The notes: generated by a model not told the origin, from the sequence alone. A DNA stretch of 64,000 bases from Deltaproteobacteria bacterium (GCA_016218975.1 JACRCO010000037.1:203757-267756); one strand, 5' to 3'; shown: positions 27,375 to 37,343, counted from the first letter of the stretch. Numbers and translations: made by a program.

Positions 27375-27409
27375 CGCCCGGCAGGCCCTGACCGCCTGCC
27401 GGGCGTTTT
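27375..27409 (+). terminator. Intrinsic terminator between convergent genes
   Basis: CGCCCGGCAGGC-N7-GCCTGCCGGGCG-TTTT. Confidence 0.75.
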
Positions 27410-27416
27410 CGTTGGT

Positions 27417-27797
27417 TTACTGGATCCTCAGGTTGACGGGTGACGACGGGGTAAACGCGGGGACTGCCCAGGACAGGGGGGCCGAATAAGAGGAATTCAC
27501 GCCGCCGACCGTGGCCCTGACACCGAAATAAATCGTGCTTCCCCGGGGCATGCCGGCGGTGCTCACGTTGAAAGTCACAGAGGTCGACGACGCCCCCGTC
27601 GCCAGGGTGTTCGGCGAGGCGAGGCTGGAACTGGTCGACCAGACAGTCGTGTATGTTACCGTTGCGGACCCAACGGCGGATCCGTCGGTGTAGGTGGTTA
27701 CCGCGTCCCAGGACAGCGTTTCCGCACGCGCGCCGGAGGCGCATATCAGGATGCCCGTTACGAGAACCAATGACGCGATGACGTGTTTCGCTTTCAC
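27417..27797 (-). CDS. Small secreted Fn3-like beta-sandwich protein
   Basis: Signal peptide ARA|E, LSWDAVTTYTDGS, IYFGVRA...SSYS, PSSPVNLRIQ. GTG after AAGGAGG. Confidence 0.7.
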   Translation of the reverse strand: MKAKHVIASLVLVTGILICASGARAETLSWDAVTTYTDGSAVGSATVTYTTVWSTSSSLASPNTLATGASSTSVTFNVSTAGMPRGSTIYFGVRATVGGVNSSYSAPLSWAVPAFTPSSPVNLRIQ

Positions 27798-27824
27798 GGA
27801 ATCCTCCTTACCGCTCTCCCCTTC

Positions 27825-28280
27825 TCACGTGCGACTCCACATCACAGGTGTCGAAAAGCCGGATCTGAGACCGTCGACGCCGACCGACTTGATGCTGAGG
27901 AAATAGACCGTTCCGCTCTGCGTGAACGGGGCCAGGTTGTTGAGGTTGAATGCGTTCGTAAGGGAAGGGAGATACGTTCGTCCGTCTGGCCCGAGAACGT
28001 TCGTAACCGCCGAAACCTGTGCGACCGCTACGTCGCTGTCGGAAAATTGTTCATCGCTACGCAGATAAAGTTCGTAGTAGTCCAGATCCGCGTACGGATC
28101 CATGACCGAATTGTCGGAAAATGTCGTAGGCGGATCCCACGCCAGCGAAGGGGCGGAAGACCCCGGGGAAGTCGTTCCCTGCCCGCTTTCGCCTCCTCCT
28201 CCCCCACCGCCGCATCCTATGAGAAGAATGGCAATCGTAACCGCCAAGGCTGTCTTCGTGAATTTGCCGGCTCGTTTCAT
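27825..28280 (-). CDS. Lipoprotein with Fn3-like domain
   Basis: Lipobox LLIG|C, poly-Gly linker, LAWDPPTTFSDNS, YELY, VYFLSIKSV...SGFS. Confidence 0.72.
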   Translation of the reverse strand: MKRAGKFTKTALAVTIAILLIGCGGGGGGGESGQGTTSPGSSAPSLAWDPPTTFSDNSVMDPYADLDYYELYLRSDEQFSDSDVAVAQVSAVTNVLGPDGRTYLPSLTNAFNLNNLAPFTQSGTVYFLSIKSVGVDGLRSGFSTPVMWSRT

Positions 28281-28333
28281 CCTGCTTCCCCTGCCTTGGC
28301 GGGTTCGCCTCACCGCTTGCCGAACAGGGGTAT

Positions 28334-28377
28334 TTCATGGCGCGTGCCAATGGAAACAGACGGACATCAATTTTTTG
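28334..28377 (-). promoter_or_regulatory. Possible sigma54 promoter (perfect -24, weak -12) with adjacent IHF-like site
   Basis: Minus strand TTGGCACGCGCCATGAA; plus strand CATCAATTTTTTG (28365-28377) is close to WATCAANNNNTTR. Confidence 0.4.
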
Positions 28378-28557
28378 ACGCACATATAACATATCGATTA
28401 TTAAAGGTATAATCTCCACTTCACCTTCACACCGGATTACCGGTCCGGCGGCCGGTAATAGAATTATTGCGATATCGTAATAAATATTTTCAAAACCGAA
28501 TTACACGGAAGGCGGACGGATCATAAGGGGGAGACGGGTGCCTTGCTGACTCAAATG

Positions 28558-28610
28558 AAAAAGGGAGACATGCACGCGGCAAAAGTTACTTGCCGATGCG
28601 CGCCTCCCTT
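28558..28610 (-). terminator. Probable intrinsic terminator after the cyclophilin gene
   Basis: Outer stem AAGGGAG/CTCCCTT, inner CGGCAA/TTGCCG, followed by a T-run on the minus strand. Confidence 0.55.
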
Positions 28611-28639
28611 ATTTTCCGGGGGATCAGTCCGGGCGACTG

Positions 28640-29239
28640 TTATTTGGAGTCCGCTTGGACCACCGCGGCCTTATTGATCGAAACGGTTTTTCCCGGCAGG
28701 TGCTCGAACATTCCGGACCTGCCTATGGGGACATTCCGGATCTTGTCCACGACATCCATCCCTTCGATCACCTTTCCGAACACCGCATATCCGAACCCCT
28801 GTGGAGTTTCATTCGAGTGGTTGAGGAAATCGTTGTTCACCACGTTAATGAAGAATTGGGCGGTGGCGGAGTCCACTACCATCGTACGCGCCATGGCGAT
28901 CGTCCCGCGGTCGTTTTTGAGCCCGTTTCCGGCCTCGTTCTTTATGGGCGGCCTGGAGGGGCGCCGTTCCCTCATGTCTTGCGAGAACCCTCCCCCCTGG
29001 ATCATGAAATCACGTATGACACGGTGAAAGATCAGCCCGTCGTAATGTCCTTCCTTCACGTACGAAAGAAAGTTGGCGACGGTGATCGGCGCCTTGTCGG
29101 GATACAGCTCGACCTTGATGTTTCCCATGCTGGTTTCCAGTAGAACCACCGGTTTCCCCCCTTTTTTCGGCGCGTCGGCGGCATACGCCGCGCCGCAGGA
29201 AATCGCAAGAACGAGTACCGATACGGCGAGTTTTCGCAA
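28640..29239 (-). CDS. ppiA: Periplasmic cyclophilin-type peptidyl-prolyl isomerase
   Basis: [45 protein letters not shown]; signal peptide. Confidence 0.93.
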   Translation of the reverse strand: MRKLAVSVLVLAISCGAAYAADAPKKGGKPVVLLETSMGNIKVELYPDKAPITVANFLSYVKEGHYDGLIFHRVIRDFMIQGGGFSQDMRERRPSRPPIKNEAGNGLKNDRGTIAMARTMVVDSATAQFFINVVNNDFLNHSNETPQGFGYAVFGKVIEGMDVVDKIRNVPIGRSGMFEHLPGKTVSINKAAVVQADSK

Positions 29240-29358
29240 GGTTTCCTCCGCGCGAAACGTTATATTTGAAGGAACATTCTATTCCATGTCCGTGTTTATA
29301 TAAAGCGGATGCAGGCATTATAATCAGGTACGATCCCCAGGCGGCATGGGAGGTTCTC

Positions 29359-30849
29359 ATCAGAACTGCGGCGTGCGCATGCCTTGCGCTCATTTTCCTC
29401 GGGACATCCGTCGTTCATGCCCGCGGCGCTGTCGTCTCCCTCGACCAAGCCGTAAGGACGGCTGTCGGGAACAACCTGTCTCTCCGCGCGGCGACTTTCA
29501 CCCCGGCGGTATCGGCCACGGATATCCGGCGCGCCCGGGCGGTCTACAACCCACGTTTCACTGCCGCCCTCGATCACAGTGGATCGAACTCCCAGGCTGC
29601 CCCGGATTCCTTTTTCGTGGAAAGGAGCCGGTCCGTCGACGCGAATTTCTCGGCCGACATGCTGCTGTCCACTGGCGCCACGGCTTCGGCGTCATTCGCC
29701 AATCCCTGGCGGAAGGACAACCTTGGAACTTCGTTCTCGCGTTTCGCGCAACCAGACTTTTCCCTGTCCCTCTCGCAGCCGATCCTCCAGGGGCTCGGCA
29801 AGGAAGTCACGGAACGGGGGATCACCGTGGCGGAATTCGCGACGGAATCGTCGATTGCCGGATGGCGCTCGCAGGCGCTGACCGTTTCCGGAATCACGCG
29901 CGACCGGTATTTTTCCGTCATAAAGGCCCGCGAAAACCTCCAGACGCGAAAGGCATCCCTGGCTCTCGCCAACGAAATACACGCGAGCAACGAAGGCCGC
30001 GTCCGCGCGGGGGTACTGGCGGCGGTCGAACTGCTGGATTCCCGCCTCGGGGTCGCGCAACGTGAAAAGGACCTGCTGGCTGCGGAAAAGACGGCGCTCG
30101 ACGAAGCCGATACACTGCTCGTCCTCATGAACATGCCTCCGAACACCGCCCTGGAACTTGCCCAGCCGGAATTTTCGGCGGCCGCGGTCGACCGGTCCGA
30201 GGAAGGCGCCCTTAAAAAGGCGTTCGCGATGCGACCCGACATCCTTCAGGCAAAAATCAACCTGCGGAGCCAGGAGTTCAGTTCGAAGATCGGAAGGAAC
30301 CTCCTCCTGCCTTCCCTTGCGCTCAAGGGGAGCGCGGGAGTCTCCGGACTGGCGCAGGACTACGGAAGCGCGTTCGACGACATGAGGAGCGGAAAATACC
30401 CCTCCTGGGCGGTAGGGCTCGAATTCTCCTACCCGTTGGGGAACGATGCGGCGGAGGCCGACCTGGCGAAGAACCGGCTCCTTGCCGGCCAGTCCAGGGT
30501 ACAGATCCGGTCACTGGAAGAAACGGCGGGTCTCGAGGTCCGCCAGGCGATCCGCAACCTGGAAACACTGGAGAAGCAGATCGCGGTCGCCCGGCGCAGC
30601 GTGGAGCTCGCGGAGGCCCGGTTCGACTCCTACGTCAAGCGCGGCAAGGTAGGGCTGGCCACGACCAAGGACATTTTCCAGGTGGAATCGGACCTGACCG
30701 CCGCCCGGGAATCCCTCACCGCGGCGCTCGCCGATTACCAGGTCGGCGTCACCCGGTTCTGGACCAGCACCGGTGAGCTCCTCGAGAGGCACGGAATACG
30801 GATCGAGGACCGTGAAATAGAAAACATAGCCTGGAAAGGACTCCAATGA
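29359..30849 (+). CDS. TolC family outer-membrane efflux protein (start uncertain: ATC 29359 or TTG 29266)
   Basis: SLDQAVRTAVGNN, LSLSQPILQG, RPDILQA, LLPSLAL, GLEFSYPLGN; first gene of a MacAB-type operon. Confidence 0.85.
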   Translation: MRTAACACLALIFLGTSVVHARGAVVSLDQAVRTAVGNNLSLRAATFTPAVSATDIRRARAVYNPRFTAALDHSGSNSQAAPDSFFVERSRSVDANFSADMLLSTGATASASFANPWRKDNLGTSFSRFAQPDFSLSLSQPILQGLGKEVTERGITVAEFATESSIAGWRSQALTVSGITRDRYFSVIKARENLQTRKASLALANEIHASNEGRVRAGVLAAVELLDSRLGVAQREKDLLAAEKTALDEADTLLVLMNMPPNTALELAQPEFSAAAVDRSEEGALKKAFAMRPDILQAKINLRSQEFSSKIGRNLLLPSLALKGSAGVSGLAQDYGSAFDDMRSGKYPSWAVGLEFSYPLGNDAAEADLAKNRLLAGQSRVQIRSLEETAGLEVRQAIRNLETLEKQIAVARRSVELAEARFDSYVKRGKVGLATTKDIFQVESDLTAARESLTAALADYQVGVTRFWTSTGELLERHGIRIEDREIENIAWKGLQ

Positions 30850-32039
30850 AGCGAGCGATCGCCGCCGCAGCCGCGGTCTGCCTGCTCGGCGCGTCGGGTT
30901 ACTACTTCTATGCCCGCAGCAACGGCAAGGCACCCGAATTCCGTACGGCCAAAGTGGAAAAGGGGGATCTCTTCGATACCGTTTCCGCCACGGGGAACAT
31001 AAATCCCGTGACCACCGTTCAGGTGGGGAGCCAGGTCTCCGGGACCATCCAGCACATCTACGTCGATTTCAATTCGCGCGTGAAGAAGGGGCAGGTGATC
31101 GCGAAGATCGACCCTCAGCTCTTCGAGGCGTCCGTAACGCAGGCGAGGGGGAACGTTACGAGCGCATCCGCCGCGGTGGAGAAGGCGAAGATAGTGACGG
31201 CGGACGCCTTGCGGACCCTGCGCCGCAACAAGGAGCTCATAAAGAACGGCTACGTGGCGCAGGCCGACGTGGATGCAGCACAGACGGCCTACGATTCCGC
31301 GGAGTCGACGCAGAAGGGAGCGGAGGCGCAGCTCGAACAGGCCAGGGGGGCGCTCTCCGTCGCCGAGACGAACCTTCGCTACACGACGATCAAGTCCCCC
31401 GTGGACGGAATCGTCATATCCCGTAACGTGGACGTGGGGCAGACGGTGGCTGCAAGTTTCCAGACCCCCACCCTTTTCACCATCGCGCAGGACCTCACGA
31501 AAATGCAGATCGACACCAATGTGGACGAGTCCGATATCGGCAGGACCGGCCCCGGACAGGAAGCCGCTTTCACCGTGGACGCCTGGCCGGGGAAAACGTT
31601 TTCCGGAAAGGTCATCCAGGTGCGCAACTCGCCGATCGTGACCCAGAACGTCGTGACCTACGACGTCGTCATCCAGGTAGACAACAAGGACCTGGGCCTC
31701 AAGCCCGGGATGACCGCAAACGTGTCGATCCGCATTCGCGACTTCAAGGACGTGGTGAAGATCCCGAACGCCGCCCTGCGGTACCGCCCGGCGGCTGCCG
31801 AGAAGAAAAAGCCGGAAAGCGGAAAGGACAAGGACACCCATGGATCGCACGTCTTCACGATCGGCAAGGACGGAAAACCCGCCGCGGTCCCCGTAAAGAC
31901 GGGCGTAAGCGACGGGACGTTCACCGTCCTTCTCGAGGGCGGCCTGAAGCCGGGAGACGAACTTATCGTGGCCGAGACACGCAAGAACCAGGGGAGCACG
32001 ACCGGTGCGGGTCCGCCCGGCATGGGGGGCTTCCGTTAA
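30846..32039 (+). CDS. Efflux periplasmic adaptor (MacA-like)
   Basis: VQVGSQVSG, IKSPVDGIVI, GQTVAASFQTPTLF, LKPGMTANV. Confidence 0.92.
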   Translation: MKRAIAAAAAVCLLGASGYYFYARSNGKAPEFRTAKVEKGDLFDTVSATGNINPVTTVQVGSQVSGTIQHIYVDFNSRVKKGQVIAKIDPQLFEASVTQARGNVTSASAAVEKAKIVTADALRTLRRNKELIKNGYVAQADVDAAQTAYDSAESTQKGAEAQLEQARGALSVAETNLRYTTIKSPVDGIVISRNVDVGQTVAASFQTPTLFTIAQDLTKMQIDTNVDESDIGRTGPGQEAAFTVDAWPGKTFSGKVIQVRNSPIVTQNVVTYDVVIQVDNKDLGLKPGMTANVSIRIRDFKDVVKIPNAALRYRPAAAEKKKPESGKDKDTHGSHVFTIGKDGKPAAVPVKTGVSDGTFTVLLEGGLKPGDELIVAETRKNQGSTTGAGPPGMGGFR

Positions 32040-32042
32040 TCC

Positions 32043-32741
32043 GTGGGAACTCCCGCGATCGAAATACGCGGCCTCTGCAAAACCTACCGCCTCGGCGAAG
32101 TGAGCGTGGAGGCGTTGAGGGACGTCACGCTCGATATCGAGCGGGGGGAATTCCTCGCGGTCATGGGCGCTTCGGGATCCGGAAAATCCACGCTCATGAA
32201 CATACTGGGATGCCTCGACCGCCCCACCGCCGGTTCCTACAGGCTCGACGGCGAGGACGTCGGGACGCTTTCACGGGATGCGCTCGCGGGAATACGCAGA
32301 AAGAAGATCGGCTTCGTATTCCAGGGATTCAACCTGCTCGCACGGATGACGGCGCTCGAGAACGTGGAGCTGCCGATGATCTACGACAGCACCCCGTCCG
32401 CTGTCCGCCGTGAGCGTGCCCGCGAGGCGCTTCGAGCCGTGGGCATACTGGACCGGGAGCACCATAACCCCACGCAGATGTCGGGGGGCCAGCAGCAGCG
32501 GGTCGCCATAGCGCGCGCCATCGTGAACACTCCCTCCCTTCTGCTTGCCGACGAGCCCACCGGCAACCTGGACACCGCGACCAGTTTCGAAATCATGAAG
32601 GCCTTCCGGGGGCTGGCGGACGAACGGGGGATCACGCTTGTGCTGGTGACGCACGAAGAGGACATCGCCGGATATTCGAAGCGCATCGTGCGGTTCCGCG
32701 ACGGCCGGATCGTTTCGGACAAACCGGTGGGTGCGCCGTGA
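32043..32741 (+). CDS. MacB-type ABC ATP-binding protein
   Basis: GASGSGKST, MSGGQQQRVAIARA, ADEPTGNLD, VTHE. Confidence 0.93.
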   Translation: MGTPAIEIRGLCKTYRLGEVSVEALRDVTLDIERGEFLAVMGASGSGKSTLMNILGCLDRPTAGSYRLDGEDVGTLSRDALAGIRRKKIGFVFQGFNLLARMTALENVELPMIYDSTPSAVRRERAREALRAVGILDREHHNPTQMSGGQQQRVAIARAIVNTPSLLLADEPTGNLDTATSFEIMKAFRGLADERGITLVLVTHEEDIAGYSKRIVRFRDGRIVSDKPVGAP

Positions 32742-33964
32742 ACCTCTACTCCGCTTCCAAGGTCGCCTACCGTTCCCTGAGGGCGAACAAGATGCGCTCG
32801 GTCCTCACGATGTTGGGGATGATCATCGGCGTCGCGGCCGTCATCGCAATGGTGGCTATCGGCGCGGGCGCGAACGAGAGGATTTCCGCACAGATCGCAT
32901 CCATCGGCTCGAACCTGATCATGATCCTCCCGGGCAGCACCACATCCGGAGGATTGCGATCCGGCTTCGGCGGCGTCCCCACACTTACGATGGCGGATGC
33001 GAAGGCCATCGGCAAGGAGCTCCCCGCCGTGGCGCGGGCGGGGCCGACGATCCGGAACACCGCCCCCGTCGTTTACGGCAACCAGAACTGGAGCACGATC
33101 ATCCAGGGCGTCACGCCCGAATACTTCCAGATCCGCGAGTGGATGGCGGAGAACGGCAGATTCTTTACGGAGGCGGAGGTGGAATCGGCCTCCAAGGTCG
33201 CGGTGCTGGGCCAGACCGTCGCGGTGAACCTCTTCGGAGAGGAAAACCCGATCGGGAAGATCGTCCGCATCAAGCGCATCCCGTTCACCGTGGTGGGAAT
33301 CCTGGAGAGGAAGGGACAATCCCCCCAGGGTCAGGACCAGGACGACGTCGTCGCCGTTCCCATTACCACCTCACAGAAGAAGTTGTTCGGCACCACCCAC
33401 ATCGGGATGGTCGGTGTCATACTCGTGCAGGCGGCCGGCCCGGACTCGGTGAAGGAAGCCGAAAAACAGGTTTCTGACCTCCTGCGGCAGCGGCACCGGA
33501 TCGGTCCGGCCCAGGATCCCGATTTTTCCATTCGCAACCTTTCCGAGATGCTGGCAGTGGCGGAAGCCTCCACCCGCGTCATGAGCCTGCTGCTCGGCGC
33601 AATCGCCTCGGTTTCACTGCTGGTGGGGGGGATCGGGATCATGAACATCATGCTCGTCTCCGTGACAGAGAGGACGCGGGAGATCGGGATCAGGATGGCC
33701 GTCGGCGCAAGGGAGCGGGACATCCTTCTCCAGTTCCTGATCGAGGCGCTCGTCCTTGCAGTCACCGGCGGGACGATCGGCATCCTGCTGGGGATCACCG
33801 GGTCGTCGTTGATCTCGAGATTCGCGGGTTGGTCCACCCTGATTTCGGGCGGGGCGATCCTGCTGGCGTTCGGGTTCTCCGCGGCGGTGGGGGTCTTCTT
33901 CGGATTCTATCCGGCGCGCAAGGCGTCGCGGATGGACCCGATCGAGGCGCTCAGATACGAGTGA
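32738..33964 (+). CDS. MacB/FtsX-type ABC permease
   Basis: RSVLTMLGMIIGV, GGIGIMNIMLVSVTERTREIGIR, DPIEALRYE. Confidence 0.93.
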   Translation: MNLYSASKVAYRSLRANKMRSVLTMLGMIIGVAAVIAMVAIGAGANERISAQIASIGSNLIMILPGSTTSGGLRSGFGGVPTLTMADAKAIGKELPAVARAGPTIRNTAPVVYGNQNWSTIIQGVTPEYFQIREWMAENGRFFTEAEVESASKVAVLGQTVAVNLFGEENPIGKIVRIKRIPFTVVGILERKGQSPQGQDQDDVVAVPITTSQKKLFGTTHIGMVGVILVQAAGPDSVKEAEKQVSDLLRQRHRIGPAQDPDFSIRNLSEMLAVAEASTRVMSLLLGAIASVSLLVGGIGIMNIMLVSVTERTREIGIRMAVGARERDILLQFLIEALVLAVTGGTIGILLGITGSSLISRFAGWSTLISGGAILLAFGFSAAVGVFFGFYPARKASRMDPIEALRYE

Positions 33965-33972
33965 CCGCCGGG

Positions 33973-34704
33973 TTATGGCCCGGGCAGGGTGAGGACGACG
34001 CGGCCCATGAGCTGCTCCTTCTCCCCGGAAGGGCGCGCGGCGCCGACGATGATGGAGGTCACGGGGCCGCTCGGGTAGCGGCCGTAGGCGGCCATGAAAT
34101 CCTCCCTTAAATTCCTGCGCTCGCGGACCGTCTTCCCCTTATCCTCTTCCCCGGCCAGGATAAAAACCGTTTCCTCTTCGCCGGTTCGGTACATCGATCC
34201 CACCGGGACCTGGTTCCCCCACGCGTAGACGAGACGGATCCCGCCGGGAGGGAACCCGTGCCGGATCTTCCTGAAGAAATACAGGAATCGCGTCCGCCAG
34301 CCGAGTTCCTGGGAATCCTTCCCGAAGACGACGGTCACGGAAACAGGGAAGCGCGTCCGGAATTCCTTGTAGTCGCGGGAGGAGGAATTCGTCCCGTCGG
34401 ACGAAAATTCGAAGGCCAGAATGCCGCCCGCCGCGTTATCCAATGCCACTTTCTTCGACCAGGACACCCCCGATCCGGGGGGAAGAGCGAACTCCGCCGA
34501 GAGGCGATTGCCGTTCGCTTCGGCTTTAATGCGCGGCACGCTGCTCCAGTATCCCGAGGTCCGTTCCTCCCACCCCGCCGCCGAAAGTGAAGGTGAAGGA
34601 TCCGCTCCGACTGCAACAGCGACTGATAGCAGCATCATCGGGAGCGAAAGAATCGCCGCCAACCGGGCCGTGCGGAGAGTCATTCCCTTAACCCTAACCT
34701 TCAT
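33973..34704 (-). CDS. Exported hypothetical protein, DUF3047-like
   Basis: Signal peptide; VTVVFG...LVYAWG..VPVG...ERRNLREDFMAAYG pattern, recalled from memory only. Confidence 0.55.
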   Translation of the reverse strand: MKVRVKGMTLRTARLAAILSLPMMLLSVAVAVGADPSPSLSAAGWEERTSGYWSSVPRIKAEANGNRLSAEFALPPGSGVSWSKKVALDNAAGGILAFEFSSDGTNSSSRDYKEFRTRFPVSVTVVFGKDSQELGWRTRFLYFFRKIRHGFPPGGIRLVYAWGNQVPVGSMYRTGEEETVFILAGEEDKGKTVRERRNLREDFMAAYGRYPSGPVTSIIVGAARPSGEKEQLMGRVVLTLPGP

Positions 34705-35446
34705 CTCCCCGCTCCTCCTCGCGCCGCGACAACTCCCATCCCGCCCCCCTCAGCTTTTCCGTGAAGGAATCGGCGCAGGCTGCGGCACGCGCAAACTCGT
34801 TCGCGCGAAAAACCACACGGACGCTGTACCCCGCCTCCATCATCGGGTACGAGCCCACGCTCACGTCCGGGAAGTCGGCCATCGCATCTTTCATGATCCC
34901 GGCGTAGCCGGACTCGGGAACCTTCCCGAACAGGATCACGCGGCTTTTGCGTTTCCCCTCGATGTGCGGGCGGATCCAATCGAACATCCTCTGAAGCAGC
35001 ATGGGAACCCCGGGAAACGCGGCCATCCGGGAGACGAAGAACCCCGGCGCCGCGCTGACCGGATTCGGGATCAGCGACGCGCCTTCCGGCACCTGCGCCA
35101 TCAGCATCCTGTAGGTGTTGATGCGGTCGCCGTAATATCGTTCAAGCTCCTCCTTCGCGTCGGGATGGACTATCAGCGGCACGCCGGCCACGCGCGCCAC
35201 CGCTTCCCGCGTGATGTCGTCCGGGGTCGGCCCGATCCCCCCTGTGAGAACCAGGAGATCGGCTTCCCCCAGGTAAGCGCGAAGATGCCTGGCAACCGTT
35301 TCGATGTCGTCCGGAAGGATGGCGCACAGCGTCACTTCGGCTCCCCACTCGTTGAGCCGGTGAAGGATATACCCCAGGTTCGCTTCACTGACTTCTGCCT
35401 TCAGGACTTCATCCCCCAGGATCACGACCCCCACCCTTGTCGCCAT
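34694..35446 (-). CDS. CinA-like / MoCF_biosynth domain protein
   Basis: ILGDEVL, LTGGIGPTPDDITREAVA, NPVSAAPGF, PGVP. Confidence 0.88.
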   Translation of the reverse strand: MATRVGVVILGDEVLKAEVSEANLGYILHRLNEWGAEVTLCAILPDDIETVARHLRAYLGEADLLVLTGGIGPTPDDITREAVARVAGVPLIVHPDAKEELERYYGDRINTYRMLMAQVPEGASLIPNPVSAAPGFFVSRMAAFPGVPMLLQRMFDWIRPHIEGKRKSRVILFGKVPESGYAGIMKDAMADFPDVSVGSYPMMEAGYSVRVVFRANEFARAAACADSFTEKLRGAGWELSRREEERGDEG

Positions 35447-35574
35447 ACGCCCTGTCTTTACCCCCGTTCCGCAATCGGATTATCTTAACGGATGCGGGAG
35501 GAAAAATCATTGGCTTTACCGCGCGCAGATAAGTTAAAACTTACATGGATCGTCATTCCGACGGAGAGAACGCC

Positions 35575-36627
35575 TTGAAAAAACCAATGACCTACGCCGC
35601 CGCCGGCGTGAGCATCGACGAGGGGGAGCGGCTGGTTTCCCTTATCCGGCCGATGGTCCGGACGACTTACCGCAAGGAAGTGCTTGGGGACATCGGTTCG
35701 TTCGCCGGATTCTTCCGTTTCCCGTCGAAAAGGTACCGGAACCCGGTGCTTGTCTCCGGGACCGACGGTGTGGGAACGAAAGTAAAGGTCGCCTCGATGG
35801 CCGGAAAGCTGGACACGGTCGGAATCGACCTCGTGGCGATGTGCGTCAACGACATCCTGGTCCACGGGGCGGAGCCCCTGTTCTTCCTCGACTACTACGC
35901 CACGGGGAAACTGTCCGCCGCTGACGGCGCCGCCGTGGTCTCCGGGATCGCGGAAGGGTGCCGCCAGGCCGGATGCGCGCTTCTCGGGGGGGAGACCGCC
36001 GAGATGCCTTCCGTGTACGCTCCGGGGGAGTTCGACCTTGCGGGATTCGCGGTGGGAATCGTCGAACGGGGGAAAATCATCGACGGCCGCACGGTCCGGC
36101 CGGGCGACGTCCTCCTCGGGCTTGCCTCCTCGGGGCTGCACAGCAACGGGTATTCGCTGGCGCGGAAGGTCGTCTTCGAGCGAATGAGAAAAAAGGCGGA
36201 CTCGCCGGTCCCCGAATGGGGCACGACAGCCGCCGGGGAATTGTTGAAGCCCACCAGGATCTACGTGCGGCCGGTGCTTTCCCTCTTGCGCAAGGTCCCG
36301 ATCCGCGCAATGGCGCACATCACCGGCGGAGGGATACCCGGAAATGTGCCGCGGACGCTGCCGGACGGCGTGACGGCTGTGATCGAGAAAGGGAGCTGGC
36401 CGGTCCTCCCGGTATTCGAAACGATAGCGCGCGAGGCGCGGCTCCCGGAAGAAGAGGCGTACCGCACCTTCAACATGGGGATCGGAATGGTAGTGGCCGT
36501 CCGCGCCGCCGACGCCGGAACGGCGCTTCGTATTTTGCGCCGCGCCGGTGAATCCGCATACGTCGTGGGCGAAATAAGGAAAGGCCGGAAGGGCGCCCCG
36601 CAGGTCCTTCTCGCCGGAGGAAGATAA
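35575..36627 (+). CDS. purM: Phosphoribosylformylglycinamidine cyclo-ligase
   Basis: TYAAAGVSI, GTDGVGTK, GGETAEMP, SSGLHSNGYS, HITGGG, TFNMGIG. Start lies between 35545 and 35587. Confidence 0.96.
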   Translation: MKKPMTYAAAGVSIDEGERLVSLIRPMVRTTYRKEVLGDIGSFAGFFRFPSKRYRNPVLVSGTDGVGTKVKVASMAGKLDTVGIDLVAMCVNDILVHGAEPLFFLDYYATGKLSAADGAAVVSGIAEGCRQAGCALLGGETAEMPSVYAPGEFDLAGFAVGIVERGKIIDGRTVRPGDVLLGLASSGLHSNGYSLARKVVFERMRKKADSPVPEWGTTAAGELLKPTRIYVRPVLSLLRKVPIRAMAHITGGGIPGNVPRTLPDGVTAVIEKGSWPVLPVFETIAREARLPEEEAYRTFNMGIGMVVAVRAADAGTALRILRRAGESAYVVGEIRKGRKGAPQVLLAGGR

Positions 36628-37283
36628 TGAGCGACAGGCCCGCCATCGCCGTGCTCGTTTCGGGAAGCGGCTCGAACCTTCAGGCGATCATCGACGCCTC
36701 CGAGCGGGGGGAGATCCCCTGCCGGGTCGGGATCGTCATCAGCAACAAGGCGGACGCCTACGGCCTCGTCCGGGCCGGGAAGCACGGCATCCCCACGGAG
36801 GTCGTAAGCCACAAGGATTATCGCACGCGCGAAGAGTTCGACGGGCGGCTTGTGGAAACCATACGCAAGAGCAGGGCCGAGCTGGTCTGCCTGGCCGGAT
36901 TCATGAGGGTGCTCACCCCGGTGTTCGTCGGCGCCTTTCCCAGCCGGATATTGAACATACACCCGGCGCTGCTACCCTCATTCCCGGGCACGCACGGCCC
37001 CCGGCAGGCGCTGAACTACGGCGTCCGGTTTTCCGGATGCACCGTACATTTCCTCGACGAAGGGGTCGACACGGGGCCGATCATCGTGCAGGGAGTCGTT
37101 CCGGTGTACGACGACGACACCGAGGATACGCTCGCAGCGCGGATACTGGTCCAGGAGCACAAGATCTACCCGATGGCGATCCGGCTCTTCTTCCAGGGAA
37201 GGCTGCGGATCGAAGGGCGGCGCGTCTTCGCCGACGGCCTCCCCCGCATCCCCGAGTTCTTCCACCGCAACCCCGACGCTTAG
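36627..37283 (+). CDS. purN: Phosphoribosylglycinamide formyltransferase
   Basis: SGSGSNLQA, LAGFMR, NIHPALLP, GCTVHF, DTGPII. Confidence 0.96.
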   Translation: MSDRPAIAVLVSGSGSNLQAIIDASERGEIPCRVGIVISNKADAYGLVRAGKHGIPTEVVSHKDYRTREEFDGRLVETIRKSRAELVCLAGFMRVLTPVFVGAFPSRILNIHPALLPSFPGTHGPRQALNYGVRFSGCTVHFLDEGVDTGPIIVQGVVPVYDDDTEDTLAARILVQEHKIYPMAIRLFFQGRLRIEGRRVFADGLPRIPEFFHRNPDA

Positions 37284-37343
37284 GGACCCCCCCGGCCGGG
37301 ACCCGGCCCCGATGCGTACCCGCGAGTCGTGCGAGCCCGTTCG

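Noticed and set aside
28280-28640. Cyclic dinucleotide (GEMM) riboswitch upstream of the Fn3-like genes
   Set aside because: No GGCAAA / GAAA-tetraloop / GACGCAAA-type pattern was seen; the hairpins present fit a terminator and DNA dyads.
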